The notes beneath the pieces are model-generated. The model ran no database searches. It was given only the letters and a program-made list of their open reading frames with translations, and was not told the DNA's origin. DNA of 63,225 bases, counting the filler, from Octopus bimaculoides (taxonomy: Eukaryota), in the NCBI RefSeq assembly GCF_001194135.2. It is 6 parts of 6 records of this genome, joined end to end, with 100 filler letters (N's around TTAATTAATTAA, not from the genome) between each part and the next. Parts side by side here need not be neighbours in the genome. Positions count along the whole stretch, not along the records: positions 12,429 to 33,955 come from NC_068987.1; 5 more parts are not named here. One strand, written 5' to 3'. This document shows positions 12,429 to 26,331 of the stretch, piece after piece. Positions within the stretch are counted from its first letter, which is position 1. The number at the start of each line of letters is the position of its first letter. Position numbers and translations under genes: made by a program.

Positions 12429-12908
12429 CAGCAGCAGTAGGCAAGATGATGAAGGCAACGCGCCAGGAACTCAAGCCAGTCCCGCGGTCGCACAGCGACC
12501 ACAGAGAGAGCGGTACCCTCCTCCCTGGTTGGCTGATTATAAAACCAATTAAGGTAGTTCGGGAGCGAGGAGTGAGTGGGAGAGCCGGTTGAATGATCTA
12601 TAGATCAGGGGGGGCATGTGGTGTTATGGGCTGTGATGAGCTGTGTGTTGTGGTGGAGAGAGGTGAGGCAAACAGAAGTGAAGCTAGACCGGAAGGGTCA
12701 GGCCGGAAGTCGGCGACACGCGGTTGCAGGCTAGCACGTGGGATCAGTCAGAAAACAGAGAGGTTACGAGAAAGACGTGTTCTGATCAGGAGCGATCGTG
12801 TACTCCACTGCGGTCGACAAGGTAAGGTCCAATGTTTCATTCTGTCCTTTTGCTTCTTGTCTTTTTCCTCCATCACACCACAGAGTACTTCAACAAAACA
12901 ATACTACA
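12429..12908 (+). mobile_element. 3' end of a Gypsy element: pol tail, PPT and 3' LTR
   Basis: RPQRERYPPPWLADYKTN* (typical Gypsy pol C-terminus), G-run PPT 12608-12614, LTR TG...CA 12617-12908. The 5' side is lost in the gap. Confidence 0.8.
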
Positions 12909-13029
12909 AGCAGTAGAACAATTGAACTGGGTTCTACAATACAATCTCTTCTATAAGCTTTAAAGCAGACTAATTCGCTTTCTACTTCTACTTATGACTA
13001 CATTAAGGTTCACTCTTTTTCTGTACAAC

Positions 13030-15934
13030 ATTTATGACTTTCACATGTTTGTCACAAGAACATGAAAGTGGAGCTGAAGGAAGGAAAAAGCAGAAGTGGG
13101 ATACTGAAGAAGCTTTGAAATCAAGCAAGACCCTTATTCATTATTTTGGCAACAAGGAATCAAGTCATTCGACAAGTTCACAGACATTTGAAGTTTGTGA
13201 AAATCTTCTTACCACTGAAACTAAAGCATGTGCAATTTCATTAGAAGATGACAAGTCCAAGTCATGTTTCCTCAAATCTGAAAAAAGTGGGATGAATGTC
13301 GCAGTTGACAAAAAAATGTGAGGTAGAAACATTATACGAAGGCAGTTCTGATGTCTGTGGTGATGATGACAATGACAAGAAGGTAGTGAAATACACATTT
13401 ACGACAGAAAATAAGCTAACTGGAATTCCTGAAGTCATTGAAAAACACAACATTGGACTCCTGAAGTTCAATAAAGATACAGTAAGGGCAATTGTTTCTG
13501 ATGCATTGAGAGTGCAAATATTGCAGAAAGGTTGGAAGTTCTTTCAGAATTTGGATGATCCTTTCTTACCAATGAACAAGACATAGTTTAGGAGAAAGGA
13601 AGGAAATACTATGCTCATGGCTCCTTTACTGACCCCCTAAGAAGGCAGAATTTTACATCTGCTGTTTGCTTTTTTTGTGGTTCAATCTGCAGTCCTCATT
13701 AGAAAAAGAATGTTGATTCTACCAATGGAAGAAACCAGAAAGAATACCTCTCCATGAGAATTCACTAAATCATCATGATTGTTTCACTCAATGGAAAGAT
13801 TTTGAGAGAAATTAAGTTGAGAAGAAGGGACTAAACAATGCTAAGCTACAATCAGTAATGGAAGGTGAAAGACAGAGATGGCATAGTATCTTGACAAGAA
13901 TTCTTCATTGTATCAAATTTCTTGCAACACACAACCTCACATTGTGAGGACACAGGGAATCACTTCAGTTAAAAGAGAGTCAAATCTTGGTAGTTTCATT
14001 GGGCTGTTAAAACTTTTGGCCACATTCAACCCCATCACAAGAGAATTTCTTAATCATGTAGAAAGTCATACTGGATCTACATCTTATCCTTTACCATCCA
14101 TTCAAAACACATTTATCCATATCTTAGCTGGCAGTGTAAAAAACAGTCTGCTTCGACGCATTTGAAAAGCACGTTACTACATTTTGATGATCAACGCAAC
14201 TCCTGATCAAGCCCATAGAGAACAAATGTCGTGACTCGTGCAATACATCGACATTGATTTTTAAAAAATTACAGTTCATGCTTGGGAATCATTCCTAGGT
14301 TTCTTCCAAATTAGCCAAAAGGATACCACCAGTTTGGTTAATGTAATTTTGAATGAGTTAGATAACGATGATGTAGCACTGACTTACTGCAAGTTGCAGT
14401 GCTACAACAATGCTGCAGTTATGGCCAGGAATATAAGCAGTGTTCAACACAGAATCAAGAAACTGAATAGTCAAGTTTTGTTTGTGGATTGTGATGATCA
14501 TTCACTGAATCTTGATGGTTTGAATACAGCAAAAAGTGATATAGCTGTCATTTTGTTTTTTAATGTTATTGATTCGCTCTTTGCCTTCTTTTCTCAATCA
14601 ATACAGCATTGGGAAAAACTGAAGCAGGCTATTCCTCTTGTTCTGAAATCTCCATTGGACACAAGGTGGAGTGCAAGATTAGATGCCATAAAGACTGTTG
14701 CAGACTTCCTCAATGAACTTCTCCATCTTCTCGAACATTTGATGGATAATGATGAAGAGACAGCCAATACATGCTGTGATGCCACCAATCTTCTTAACTA
14801 GATGGTTAACGTTTAATTTTTTGGTACTGATTGAATTTTGGAACTAGGTTCTCGCTCGCATTGAACGTGTTCAGCAGCAGTTGCAAGATCCTGAAATGAA
14901 TTTTCGAGATGCTGTAGATAATCTCAAAAACCATTCAATAACAGCTTCTAAAAGATGGATGTACTAATATCCACCAATCTCTAGAAGAAGGCATTGATCT
15001 TTGTCAAAAGTGGAACATAGAAATCAAAAAGGGTCGAGGGAGACAAAAAAAGACTATCTCTTGATGTTGACGAAGATGAAAAGTCAGCATCAAACAATAA
15101 GATGGACACCATTATGAATGCTGTTCTTCACCATCTTCAATTAGAAATGGAAGAAAGATTTGTCCGTCTTAACGATATTGATGCCAAGTTCAGGTTTCTC
15201 CTCGATAGCCACTCTCTTTCCTATCCAACACATCCTGACAAAGTTGACCTTCGATCAAAATGTGACTTATTGACTTCTCATTACTGTGGTGACATTGACA
15301 GCAAACAACTTTTTGAGGAACTAATTGATTGCCAGGCATTGCTCTCTACTCAAACAAAATCTGCAATAAGGAGACCAGAAAAACTCCTGGAATTCATTGT
15401 TCAATATAGAGATGTTTTTCCAAATTTGTGAATTGGCCTTCAGATACTGCTCACAATAGCTGTATCAAATGCAAGCTGCAAAAGGTCGTTCAGCAAGTTG
15501 AAGTTAATCCTACTTATTTGCAGACATTAAAGTTGCAGGACCGCATGCATGACCTTACTCTTCTGAACATTGAAAGTGAAGAAACAGGCAAAAGGGATTT
15601 TGAAGATATAATCGATCAATTTGCCTCATCAAGAGCAAGAAAGATGAGCCTTTAAACAATTGTTTTTTTTTTTTATTACATCTCATTTCACACATTAGGT
15701 TTTTAATGTTTCAATGGGGGAAGCTGGTGCATTAAATGGTTAAAATAAGGAAGCTTTGTAAAAGTAAACACTACAAAAAAATATATTTTGAACCCTGGTA
15801 AAGTATTTATTCCTAAAACATTGCTTTAAAACATTAATTACTTGTAACAAATAAGTACGATTGTGGACTTTGTAATTGGGGGAGGGGCGCATTTTTGCAG
15901 CTTGTCCCAGGCACAGCTTACCTTAGCTACACCA

Positions 15935-15937
<3 letters not shown>
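13030..15937 (+). mobile_element. hAT DNA transposon (ZMYM1-like/Tip100 group), decayed transposase plus 3' TIR
   Basis: ESGAEGRKKQK start, DUF4371-like GSFIGLLKLLA...SIQNTFI, CDDHSLNL, DTRWSAR and hAT dimerisation region (LLTIAVSNASCKRSFSKLKLI). The 3' end ccttagctacaccactg is rc CAGTGGTGTAGCTAAGG. Confidence 0.9.
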
Positions 15938-15972
<35 letters not shown>

Positions 15973-16107
15973 GTTATAATAAAAACTATAAGTCTTGTTA
16001 AATGCATTTACCCAAGGTTTCCTGGTTGAAACATTAATTTATTTTGCCATTTTTCAAGCTGAAGCCAAGAATGTTTGTCAGTTGCTTTTTAAACAGATGA
16101 CATTTAA

Positions 16108-19100
16108 CCCTTGGTCTACCAGAGAAAATGTATGTCACTAATTACCAACTGGGTCCAATGGACCCAATACTTTTCTTTTAATTAAATTTTATTCAAACTA
16201 CCACTATTTCTCAGCTACATTATATGTGCTATCAGGTGAATGGAGAATTACTGTTTCTCACAAATTTTAATAAAAAAATACAGCTTACAGAATATATTAT
16301 AAATTTTAAAAATTACAAAAATACAGAATTACAGCTCTTCATGGCAGTGAATGCAGACAACATTGGAATGTTCTTAGCAAACATGGATATTACAATTACG
16401 TAGTACGAGTTTTCCTGTCTTTTTCTGGACCACACAAAGAACATCTTTTTTTTTCTTTGGCTGAGGAATCTCAAATTAAGTTGAAGATCATCTTTTCTTT
16501 TAGTTGAGAGATGTTAGTGGAACTAGATTGTTTGTCATGTTCTTGTTTAGCATTAACTTTAGCAGTTCCTTTGCTAACTGAATTAGGCATGGTCTTCTTT
16601 TATCCTTGCAACTTTGCAAGCGAAGCTATTTAGCAACAATGAAAGCATTCACTGCACTTATATCAATCATGTTGTAGAATATAACCATAGGCCATCTTCG
16701 AGTCATTCTTTTGCAAGTGTATGTCCTTGCCATCTTATCTAGGGTATCTACTCCTCCTTTTGTTTTGTTGTAACATGTTATAACTTCAGGTTTCTTTTCA
16801 ACACTTTTTGAATCAATTGAAGGTGAGAGTGCATTGTATTCATAAGTGTGACTACATAATTTTTCTTGGGACAATAAGATAGAATCTTTTTGAAATCCAA
16901 ATATTGTGCTGTTGATTTCTCTTTCTTTTCCATTTGTGAAAGCACTTGGAAGTTCAACTCTGTTCTTTCTAATTGTTCCAACTAAACTAGTTTTCTTGCT
17001 AAGCAGCTTTCGAGCCAATCCTAGACTTGTAAAAAAAATTATCACAAGTTATATTGCAACCAGTATTTTCAAGTTCTACTAGGTCTTCAACAACTCTTGA
17101 ACCTTGATTTGTTTCTCTCCCTTTTACTGGGTTTTTTCCAGTGAAGATTTGCATTTTCCAAGCATAAAATGTTTCACTGTCACATATTGCCCAAATTTTA
17201 ATTCCATATTTCCCTGGTTTTGAAGGAATATATATCTGGAATGGGTAGCACCCTCTGAATGAAACTACTGTAAAAACCCATGTAATTTGCGCACCTGATT
17301 TTCAGGATAAAAATTGTTAAAAAAGGCTTCTACTCATGTAAAATTCACACCCAAAAGTTTTCAGAATTGCCGATATGGCCAGAGGGAAAAGGTTTTCAAT
17401 TTAGTTGTATTTAGCATAATTTCACTTACTTATGATAAGATTTTATTAAATTTTCACTAAATAAAAATAATTTCTGTTTAACAAGTATCACAGTGAAAGC
17501 TATTAAATCACAAAGTGTTTGTGTTGTTTATAATAAACTTTATTTTACGTTTCTAGCCCACAGGAAATTGTCTGATCTTTAGAATACTTCTGTATGTCTT
17601 CTTAAATCACAATCACAGGAAAAGTTGTTGATAAGAATTATCAACAAAAATAAAGCTGATAAATACGCACAAGTGTTGCAAAATAAGTTTAATTAACAAT
17701 AAGCATCAGCTTGGATGACACTTTAGTCAACCAACATAGGAAGGTGGTCAATCAAACTGATTATGTAAACAGAATTCTGATTGGTTGAAAGTGTCTTCTT
17801 ATCTCAAGCTCTGATTTTCTGCCTATTCCTGTCAGAATCTTTGATATGGAATATCAAAATTTTAATCCTTTTCACACTTATAAAATGTCAAGCAAACTTT
17901 AAAATTTGTCATTACCGTTTTAGCCAGGAGACCAAACTGATAGTTTGGTAACCCGCTAAACTAAACATTAAAAATCGAAAGGAGAAAATAAACAGCTTTG
18001 CAAGTTTAACCCAGTGTTTATTGAACAAGAGAGGTGTGAAATTTAAGAAGCGACTTGTTAGAATATGCGCATCTGTGAGGAAACAAACAAGAATAGCAAA
18101 AATCTACTATACCAAAAAAACTGGTAATACATACAAGTGTTTTATGAAGAAAACATAAGATTGCTGCGTAATTCAACATGAATGTGAAACGACATTAAAC
18201 ATCATATAAGGTAAATGAAGGTTTCTATAGGAATGGTAAGTCATATTTACTTAATGAGTTTACGTGCCCAAGGTTGAATTATGATGTTGTCATCAGCATT
18301 AGATGCAGTAAGAGCTGGTTGCAGCAATGTTGGTGGTGATGAATTTCATTGTGCTAATGTAGAGAAAGCGAGCAATAGCTTCCTGGAGGCAAACGCAAGC
18401 TAGACCTCTTAAGCAGAGAAAAACTTATCTATTTAAGGAAATTGAAGGGCTCCATTGTGATAGAAACTCCAAGCAATGTAAAATGTGGCCTGGACCATGA
18501 TTACCAGAATGAACGTCAAACTTCAAAAAGTAGTTAACCATTAAATGATTTTAGCAAATGTATACAGAAAAAGTAAGCATTATACCGTCCAGCATAAATA
18601 AAAGTCAACTTCATTATATTTTTTCTGTAAAAACCTATTCTGACATTAAATGAGTCAACTTCTGGTATGAATGTTTACATTTGTATGTCATTTTTCAACA
18701 AAAAAAAATTTCTAAAAATATTCTGGAAACAATCTACGCATGTAATTTATGCACCCTCTAAAGTTTATTTTTGTTTTAGTGAAAAAAGTGCGTAAATTAC
18801 ATTTTACAGCAATTGTTCATCAACTGTCATGCATGAACTTGGAACATATCCATCTTGCAAATTCTGATTTCACATATCAAATACTTCTCTTATGGGATCC
18901 AATTTATCATCACTTCTTTTTTCTTCTTGCACTAGCATCATCAAAATGCAGTACTTGTAAAATCTGTTGAAATCTTCCCCAGCTCATAATTTTGTTGAAT
19001 ATTGGGTAGCCATCTTCTCGACTCTATAACTGTGTGCCATAAGAATAATCAGTCCAATAAATTTCTTTAGTTCAGAGTGATCAATTTCCTTCCATTTATC

Positions 19101-19929
19101 TTCGTAAACAACCCGACCTTCAACATTTGTCCATTTACGAATTACTTCAAGAAGATTCTGGCACATAAAGATAGTAAAACATGTTTCAATACTATCGTAA
19201 GACCTTTTAGCAAAACGGGATAGTCCACATTCTTGGCACACAATATTGTCAGATGAAGTTCTTACTGCTACTTGAGTAAGAGGATTAGACTGCCAAACTT
19301 CTTGTTTGTCTCTAGAAACATATTGTTCATTCATAATTTAGTGGCTTGTAGATAATTGTTTTTGAGTATCTTTATCTGATGACTCAGAACCTAAACTGTT
19401 CAGCACATAATCATTTTCACCATCATCTTCAGAGCAATAGAAGGAATCACTACTATCTTCTTCCCATTCTTCATCTAATTCCAATAACCTTTTTTGATAT
19501 TTGGTCTTCATTCAAGTTTTCACGTCCATGCATATTGCAAACAACAACTGAAGTATATGAAACTTGATAGCAGACTAAAGGCAGATTTTGCTCTCTCACA
19601 TATTTATACTGTCCTGAAAGATGATGCAATATATTGTAAGAATTACATCATCACATATAATATTTGATACTGCTTTTATTCTGTTTAGAATGACAAGTGT
19701 ATTGTCTGAATTTAATTCGAAAGACCAATGGACCCATACAATAATGAATGTATAAAGTGAAATTTTCTAGCTTTTATAAACATATGGAAAATTTCTCATT
19801 TGACAAATAAAAGAGAGTCAAGAAAAAATAGGAATCACAAGAAATCAGCAGAATCAAATAATATAAACAATAGGAAAAAGCAACTGAAAAAACTGAATCT
19901 GGTCCATTGGACCCTTGATAGACAGATGG
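16108..19929 (-). mobile_element. piggyBac transposon (PGBD4-like transposase), both ends present, decayed
   Basis: TTAA at 16104-16107 and 19930-19933. Imperfect TIRs CCCTTGGTCTACCA / CCATCTGTCTATCA. Transposase pieces: ELKKFIGLIILM, MTVDEQL|VSFRG...YIPSKPGKYGIKIW, LVGTIRKNR, YNKTKGGVDTLDK, RRWPMVIFYNMIDISAVNA. Confidence 0.93.
17268..18809. mobile_element. pogo/Tigger-like (Tc1-mariner superfamily) element inserted in piggyBac
   Basis: TIRs CTGTAAAA(ACCC)ATGTAATTT(G/A)CGCAC. TA at 17266-17267 and CA (probably mutated TA) at 18810-18811. Faint POGK-like N-terminal motifs (KKTGN, YEENIRLLR) near 18115-18170. Confidence 0.75.
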
Positions 19930-20039
19930 TTAAACAAGAGGAAGATGCTAAGGAAGAAAACGAGAAAAATAACACAAGGGAGATAACCAACGTTGAAGTA
20001 ACCTAATGTCAAGCAAACATAAACAAGATATTAATGATT

Positions 20040-21000
20040 TACTATATGGCTGGTGGCCTATTTTTAAATTCCATCAAGATGTATTTCTTAAAATGTGGAC
20101 ATATAGAAAAATTCTCATTCCTGGAATTCATGTAGTTGTTGGAGGCTACCAAGTTCTTAAAGAGATATAGTTCTTCAAGAGAACATACTGAAGATTTTTC
20201 GGCACCCTTGTCAATTCACATTGTTGGATATTATCTATTAAGTAGTACTTTAAGTTTTGGGAGTCTTCTACTCTCAGATTCAAAATTCAAAACAATTCAA
20301 AATATTCTTCATGCTAGATTAAATGATATATTGTTTTGGGGGGTTTGGGGTGTCATGAAATGTACAGTATTACTTAAAATCTGAAAGTTTGCAGTTATTG
20401 TCTTTTTCGATATTTGTTTTCTTTGTTTTAGTTCTTTCTTTTTTTGGTGGGGGATAATAAAATATCCTTTTATTTTATTACATATATAACATGTATGTAT
20501 ATGATACATATATAATACAAAACCACATTAAAATACAAATCCAAAACTGAAGAAAATATAAACATGTGGAAAGAAAGAAGAAAAAAAGAAAATAGGAGGG
20601 AAAAAGAGGGTGAAAGAAGAAAGAAAGAAAAAGGTAAAAAAACATCAATTCGGCACCAAGTACCTGAATTGGTCACACACCACATGGTTCACCAGAACCT
20701 ACTGAAACAAGCCAATATGCTTGCAGCATTACCATGGGTGATGGTAAGGCTAAGGTGTTGGAACAGTCAAGCACCCACGTGGGTAGCATGGATTGCTGAC
20801 TGTGATAGTGCACCATTCTGAAATGTATGGTATTGTTTATGTTATTAATTAGGGTTTTAAAATCATTAAGTTTGTCAAGGCCGTGAGTCCACAGAAAAAG
20901 GCAGTCATCCAAGTAACACTTCCAATTTCCTAATAGATATTTATGGAAGTTGATACCATTATTTTAGTCTACATTGTTCATTTTTTAACTATTTCAAAGG
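20040..21000 (-). mobile_element. Penelope-like element RT fragment, interrupted by an unclassified insert (about 20500-20815)
   Basis: YLDDCLFLWTHGLDKLNDFKTLINNINNTIHF, then YCTFHDTP...FNLA*RIF*IV...RLPKLKVLLNR*YP, matching PLE RT and thumb motifs. Confidence 0.7.
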
Positions 21001-21887
21001 ACTGCAACCCAATAATACAACACAATCCACATAGGACAAATTCTAAATAACTACCACCCAATACTAAAACACAACTTACACAACCCAAATCTAAAACACA
21101 ACTCACACAACACATACGAAGCATTATCACTATCCAACAAAGTAACACAACTCACCTAATACATATGCTACACAACACAAAGATGAAACACTAATGCAAG
21201 CAATATACGAAACAACACAACAAACCTTAAGACTAGACAAAACAGATGTAGCACAATTCAGATACCAGCATAATTCTACATTCCTAAAAAAGACAAAGCT
21301 ACACGCATCTAAAAAATATGGAGAGCCACCTGGTGGAGCTGTAGAAACCCACAAAAAAACTGTTGAAACTATAATAATAACAATGGTGATGATGGTTTCA
21401 AATTTTGGCACAAGGCCAGGAGTTTTGGAGGAGGGGGTAAATCGATTACATCAACCCCTGTACTTGACTGGTACTTTATTTTATCAATCATAAAAGGATG
21501 AAAGAGAAAGTTGATCTTGGCAGGAATTGAACTCAGAACATAAAGAGCTGGAAGAAATACTGCTAAGCATTTTGCCCTATGCGCTAATGATTTTGCCAGC
21601 TCACCACCTTAATAATAACAATAATAATCCTTTCTACTATAAGCACAAGGCCTGAAATTTTGGAGAAGCAGGTGGGGGGAGAGGTTAGTCAATTACATCA
21701 ATACCAGTATTCAACTGATACTTATTTTGTCAATCCCAAAAGAATGAAAGGCAAGGCAGACATCAGTCAAATTTTAACTCAAGACTCAAAGCCCAAAGAA
21801 ATATCAATAAGCATTTTGTCCAGCATGCTAACAATTCTGACAACTTGTTGCCTTAAATAGTAATGATAATGATAAAATTATAATTAC

Positions 21888-22024
21888 CATCAGCATTAAT
21901 AGATGTGTCATTCACATTACCAGAATCAATACGTTTCTTAAGAATCATGGATTCTAAGATTCGTTCTTTCAGAATATCGATAACTTTACGCTTTGTCACG
22001 TGCATCACACCAATATTTTGCAAC
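21888..22024 (-). CDS. NFKB1: NF-kappaB exon: Rel homology domain (HVTK segment) plus start of insert region
   Basis: ctttgtttctatctgcag|g ttg caa...gct gat g|gtaatt, 137 nt, phase 2 to 1. LQNIGVMHVTKRKVIDILKERILESMILKKRIDSGNVNDTSINAD matches p50 [22 protein letters not shown]. Confidence 0.95.
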
Positions 22025-24483
22025 CTGCAGATAGAAACAAAGATAAATGAAAGTGTAAAAAAAAAATGAAAATGTGAGGAAGCACATTGGGTAGCAACTA
22101 TTACTTCCTATTTGCTTTCGCCTAGAAAGTATGAAAGATGGCTAATATTTCCTTTAAACTTTGCTTTTTATTACATTTATTCAAACCCCCAAGAATCACT
22201 CTCAACACATGGCTATGATGCTCCCCCCACTACTCCTGCTAATGATCAGAGATGCACATATTGTCAGCCACTAAGCTGTTAAGGTCAAGCAACAAACAAG
22301 CAAGTCTGTAGTATTCAGCAGAATATTTACTATAACGATATTTCTGTTTCAGCAACTCAGTACTGAATTTGTCTGAAATGTAATGGAAAATAGAGCAGTT
22401 TCAAAACATTGATGTCCAAGTCACAAAAGCAAAGTTTGAAGGGAATAGTAGCCATTTCCTTTGATTTCTAGATAGAAGCAAGTAGGAAATAACACTTACT
22501 GATCAATGACAAAAAAAAATTTTGTTATTCATGTTGCTGTTCAGTCCCAGGTAAACCCTGGTCAAGTTGATCTGCCATAAAAGGTATTCCAGCCACAACC
22601 ATCCTATAGTTTTTCAGACAATGTGTATTTTGGATGATATTGTCCAATATATGTCTTTTTTTTAACACAGTAAAGTGTGATTTAAGGAAAATTTGGTTGT
22701 TATTTCTAGCAAGCCAAGCAAATACATGATAGCTCCTTCCTTAGCTAATGTATATTTTATTGTATGTATATAAGCCTCTGTGTGTGTACTTATGTATTTA
22801 TGCACGTGTGCGTGTGCGTGTGTGTGTGTGTGATGGACACATTTATGTACATACTTATTACTTAATCTTTTCATAAACAGTATTACAATTCTGTCCCTTT
22901 AACAACATGTGAAACACAAAACTTCATGGTTAGGACCACAGATTATTGCAAGTAACTTACCTACAAGTTTAGGTATCTATATACATCAACTAAAAGAACA
23001 GAGAAAATAGAAGAAAAAATATGTATTTTGCTCAGAGAGAGAACAAACTACCTGCAGTGAATTTTAACTCATCAATTATGAGTAAATTGTTCAATTCTTT
23101 ATCTACTCAATCATCGTGGGCTGATGTGTAGATAAACATTAGTGTGTGTGTATTTATGTATACACATGTATGCCAGGCTTGTCATGCATGCATACATGCA
23201 TGCACTGTTGAAATACACTGCATTTGTTTCAGTTAATCTCAATATAATAATAGTCAATTCATACTCATGCAGATGCACACAATGTACGTATTGCATGTGT
23301 GTATTGAATTGCATTATATATATATGCAGGACAGGAGTGGCTGTGTGGTAAGTTTGCTTTCCATCTATATGGTTCTTGGTTCAATCCTACAACATGGCAT
23401 CTTGGGCAGGTGTCTTGTACAATAGCCTTGGGCTGGCAAATATAAATGTTGGTTGGTTGGTTGACTTCTCCAGTCATGCTTTACATAGAGAGAGGGAAGA
23501 GAGACAGACAGACAGATACAGAGAGAGATGATGGCAGTTTCCTTCATATCTGAAGATCATGAAGTAGGGCAGCACACCCTCAAGTGACTGTATAAACTGA
23601 TCCTTGATGTTGTAAGGCTTTTTGTCCTACCTATACTCAGCAGTTTTAAAGTAAGAATCAACCAGCACAATCCTATCCCACTCTAGACTTGGAGGTCTGA
23701 CTACAGTGGCTCAATATGCTAAGATGGCTACAGTAGCCAGCAAGCTGTAGCTTTTACATTAGTGTGGCCTTATCCTAGGTGAATTGCCTTACAGAGCTGG
23801 AAAGTTCCACCTACTATGGAGTTGCCAGAAGAGTGTCAAAGAGAGTAAATGACAGTATATTTATGGGAGAAATTATACAAATGAGAAATAAGAATTTGTT
23901 CTCTGCTGATAAAATACAACAGTGATTAACATACTCATGCTCAAATCTGCCAGAGCATTAATAATGAAGATGTGTTAATTTTATTTTAATGTAATAAATA
24001 TTTTTGCTGAAAATTAGTATTTATTTCAGCATTTTGTACAAACCCAAGAAGTTATATAAAAGTTAAATCATAATTATTGTATGTATACTATATCTTCTGA
24101 TATTACTTATGCTGGCAAAAATATACTTCCACAGTTAACCAAAATGAATTTGTTGCTCAAGCTGGCAAAAATCACAAGAGCATCAGATTAGTTCTGATTC
24201 TTTACATTCTGAGTTCAAATTCCAGCAAGGTCAATTTAACCTTTCATCCCTCTGGGATCAACAAAATGAAATACTACTCAAGTACTGGAGTCAATGGTAG
24301 TGACTAATCCCATCCCTTCAGAATTGATGGTTTTGTTCCCAAATCAAAAACCATTACTACATTACTATTTGAAATGTAAATCAACACAAAATCTTGATGG
24401 AAATTTTCATTCAGATCACTTTAAAACATGAAATTTTATATCATAGAACCAGGGGTAGTTTTAGAAAGGTTGGTACTAATTAA

Positions 24484-24674
24484 CCCTTTAACTGTGAAAT
24501 TAAATTTCATGGTTATTCCAGTAATGATGCTAAATATCTACCAAAAATACAATTGGTATTTTTTGCAAGTCATTCTGCTTCAATAAATTTGAAATAGCTC
24601 AACAGAAAATAGTTTCAAACATAATAATCCGCAACAAAGATTGATATATAAAACTGCTTTCCACAATAAAAGGG
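24484..24674. mobile_element. piggyBac-type MITE
   Basis: TTAA|CCCTTTAACTGTGAAA ... TTTCCACAATAAAAGGG|TTAA. Confidence 0.7.
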
Positions 24675-25097
24675 TTAAATGCTGCTATTTATCAGATATT
24701 GGTTATGTCAATACATGTATGCCTATAAGATTTAAGTGCTAGGTTGCAGAGTGCCTGATCACAGGTTCAAAAGTTACAAAACTATAGCCATGGTATTTTG
24801 TACATTAGCAAAGGACGTACTTTTCTGACAGGTTCTTTTCCATCAAAGTCAAGTGATCAGTAACAGAAAAGGTTCCAACCTATAATGCAAATATTTCCAC
24901 ATATATAAGTGCAGGGATGGCTGTGTGGTTATGCAGTTCACTTCCCAACTACATGGTTTCAGGATTAGTTCCACTGCAAGGCATCTGAGACACTCACAAG
25001 ATATTGGACCAGCTTATACCTTGTGATTGAATATGGTAGACAGAATCGTGTAAATGTTTCTGCATGTGTGTGTGTGTTTGTGTTTACATTTATATAC

Positions 25098-25135
<38 letters not shown>

Positions 25136-26331
25136 CATAAAAACATTTATGTGTATGTGTACCTATATTTATGCTGTCTCTTTATGTTGTGTCAGCAAGC
25201 AGTTCAGATCATCTGGGGCCAATATGATTGGCTAAAGTCTCAAAGGTAGTGCCCCAGAATGATTGCCATCCTATGACTAGAAAGGAAGATGAGGGGAGGG
25301 AGAGAGAGGAAGAGGAGNNNNNNNNNNNNNNNNNNNNNNNNNNNNNNNNNNNNNNNNNNNNNNNNNNNNNNNNNNNNNNNNNNNNNNNNNNNNNNNNNNN
25401 NNNNNNNNNNNNNNNNNNNNNNNNNNNNNNNNNNNNNNNNNNNNNNNNNNNNNNNNNNNNNNNNNNNNNNNNNNNNNNNNNNNNNNNNNNNNNNNNNNNN
25501 NNNNNNNNNNNNNNNNNNNNNNNNNNNNNNNNNNNNNNNNNNNNNNNNNNNNNNNNNNNNNNNNNNNNNNNNNNNNNNNNNNNNNNNNNNNNNNNNNNNN
25601 NNNNNNNNNNNNNNNNNNNNNNNNNNNNNNNNNNNNNNNNNNNNNNNNNNNNNNNNNNNNNNNNNNNNNNNNNNNNNNNNNNNNNNNNNNNNNNNNNNNN
25701 NNNNNNNNNNNGAGAGAGAGAGGAAGAGGAGGGGAGGGGACAGAGAGAGAGAGGAAGAGGAGGGGAGAGAGAGAGAGAGAGAAAGAATTCAATAGCTATT
25801 ATAGTAAATGACAGTTCCATTGACTTAGCTCTGAGCATTAGACATTGTTAAGTGACTAAGAGATAAATTTCAGTCTAGATAATAGAAAATAAATGATTTG
25901 TAAGTAACATTTTGAGACATTCAGACATGATCTTTACCTCTTAGTGTGAGCTGAAGCATGGAAAATATAATATCAGGTTCAAAAGATGGATCAATGAAAT
26001 GCTTATGGAAAATTTGACCTAATGAGACATATCTAATCTACTCAGCAGTTATCTACTGAAATTAACATGAACTTAACATGAAGAATGAATAAATCAAAAG
26101 ACTCTTTTGAAGTTGTTTGTTCTGCAAGAAATAACTGCAAAAGTCTTCTACAAATTGCACCCAATTGGTTAAAAAAAAAACACATTAGTTAATATAGTTC
26201 TAGGTAAATAATTCTTCAGATGGCAGGATGATCATGGTTGGGATACTTATAATTATAAGTCAACTATTCCAGTCTGATCTGAGGCAAAACAATGTGTTAG
26301 TGAGACAATGGCTCAGATATGAATAGCTTAC

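Noticed and set aside
21000-21380. A/C-rich plus-strand segment with (aat) tail as a LINE 3' end
   Set aside because: No diagnostic motif recovered in any frame, so it cannot be classified from sequence alone.
22961-22989. Minus-strand exon-like segment with good acceptor and gtaagt donor inside the NF-kappaB intron
   Set aside because: Stops in all three frames for the 29-nt form, and the 16-nt form has incompatible phase. The flanking exons already join perfectly.
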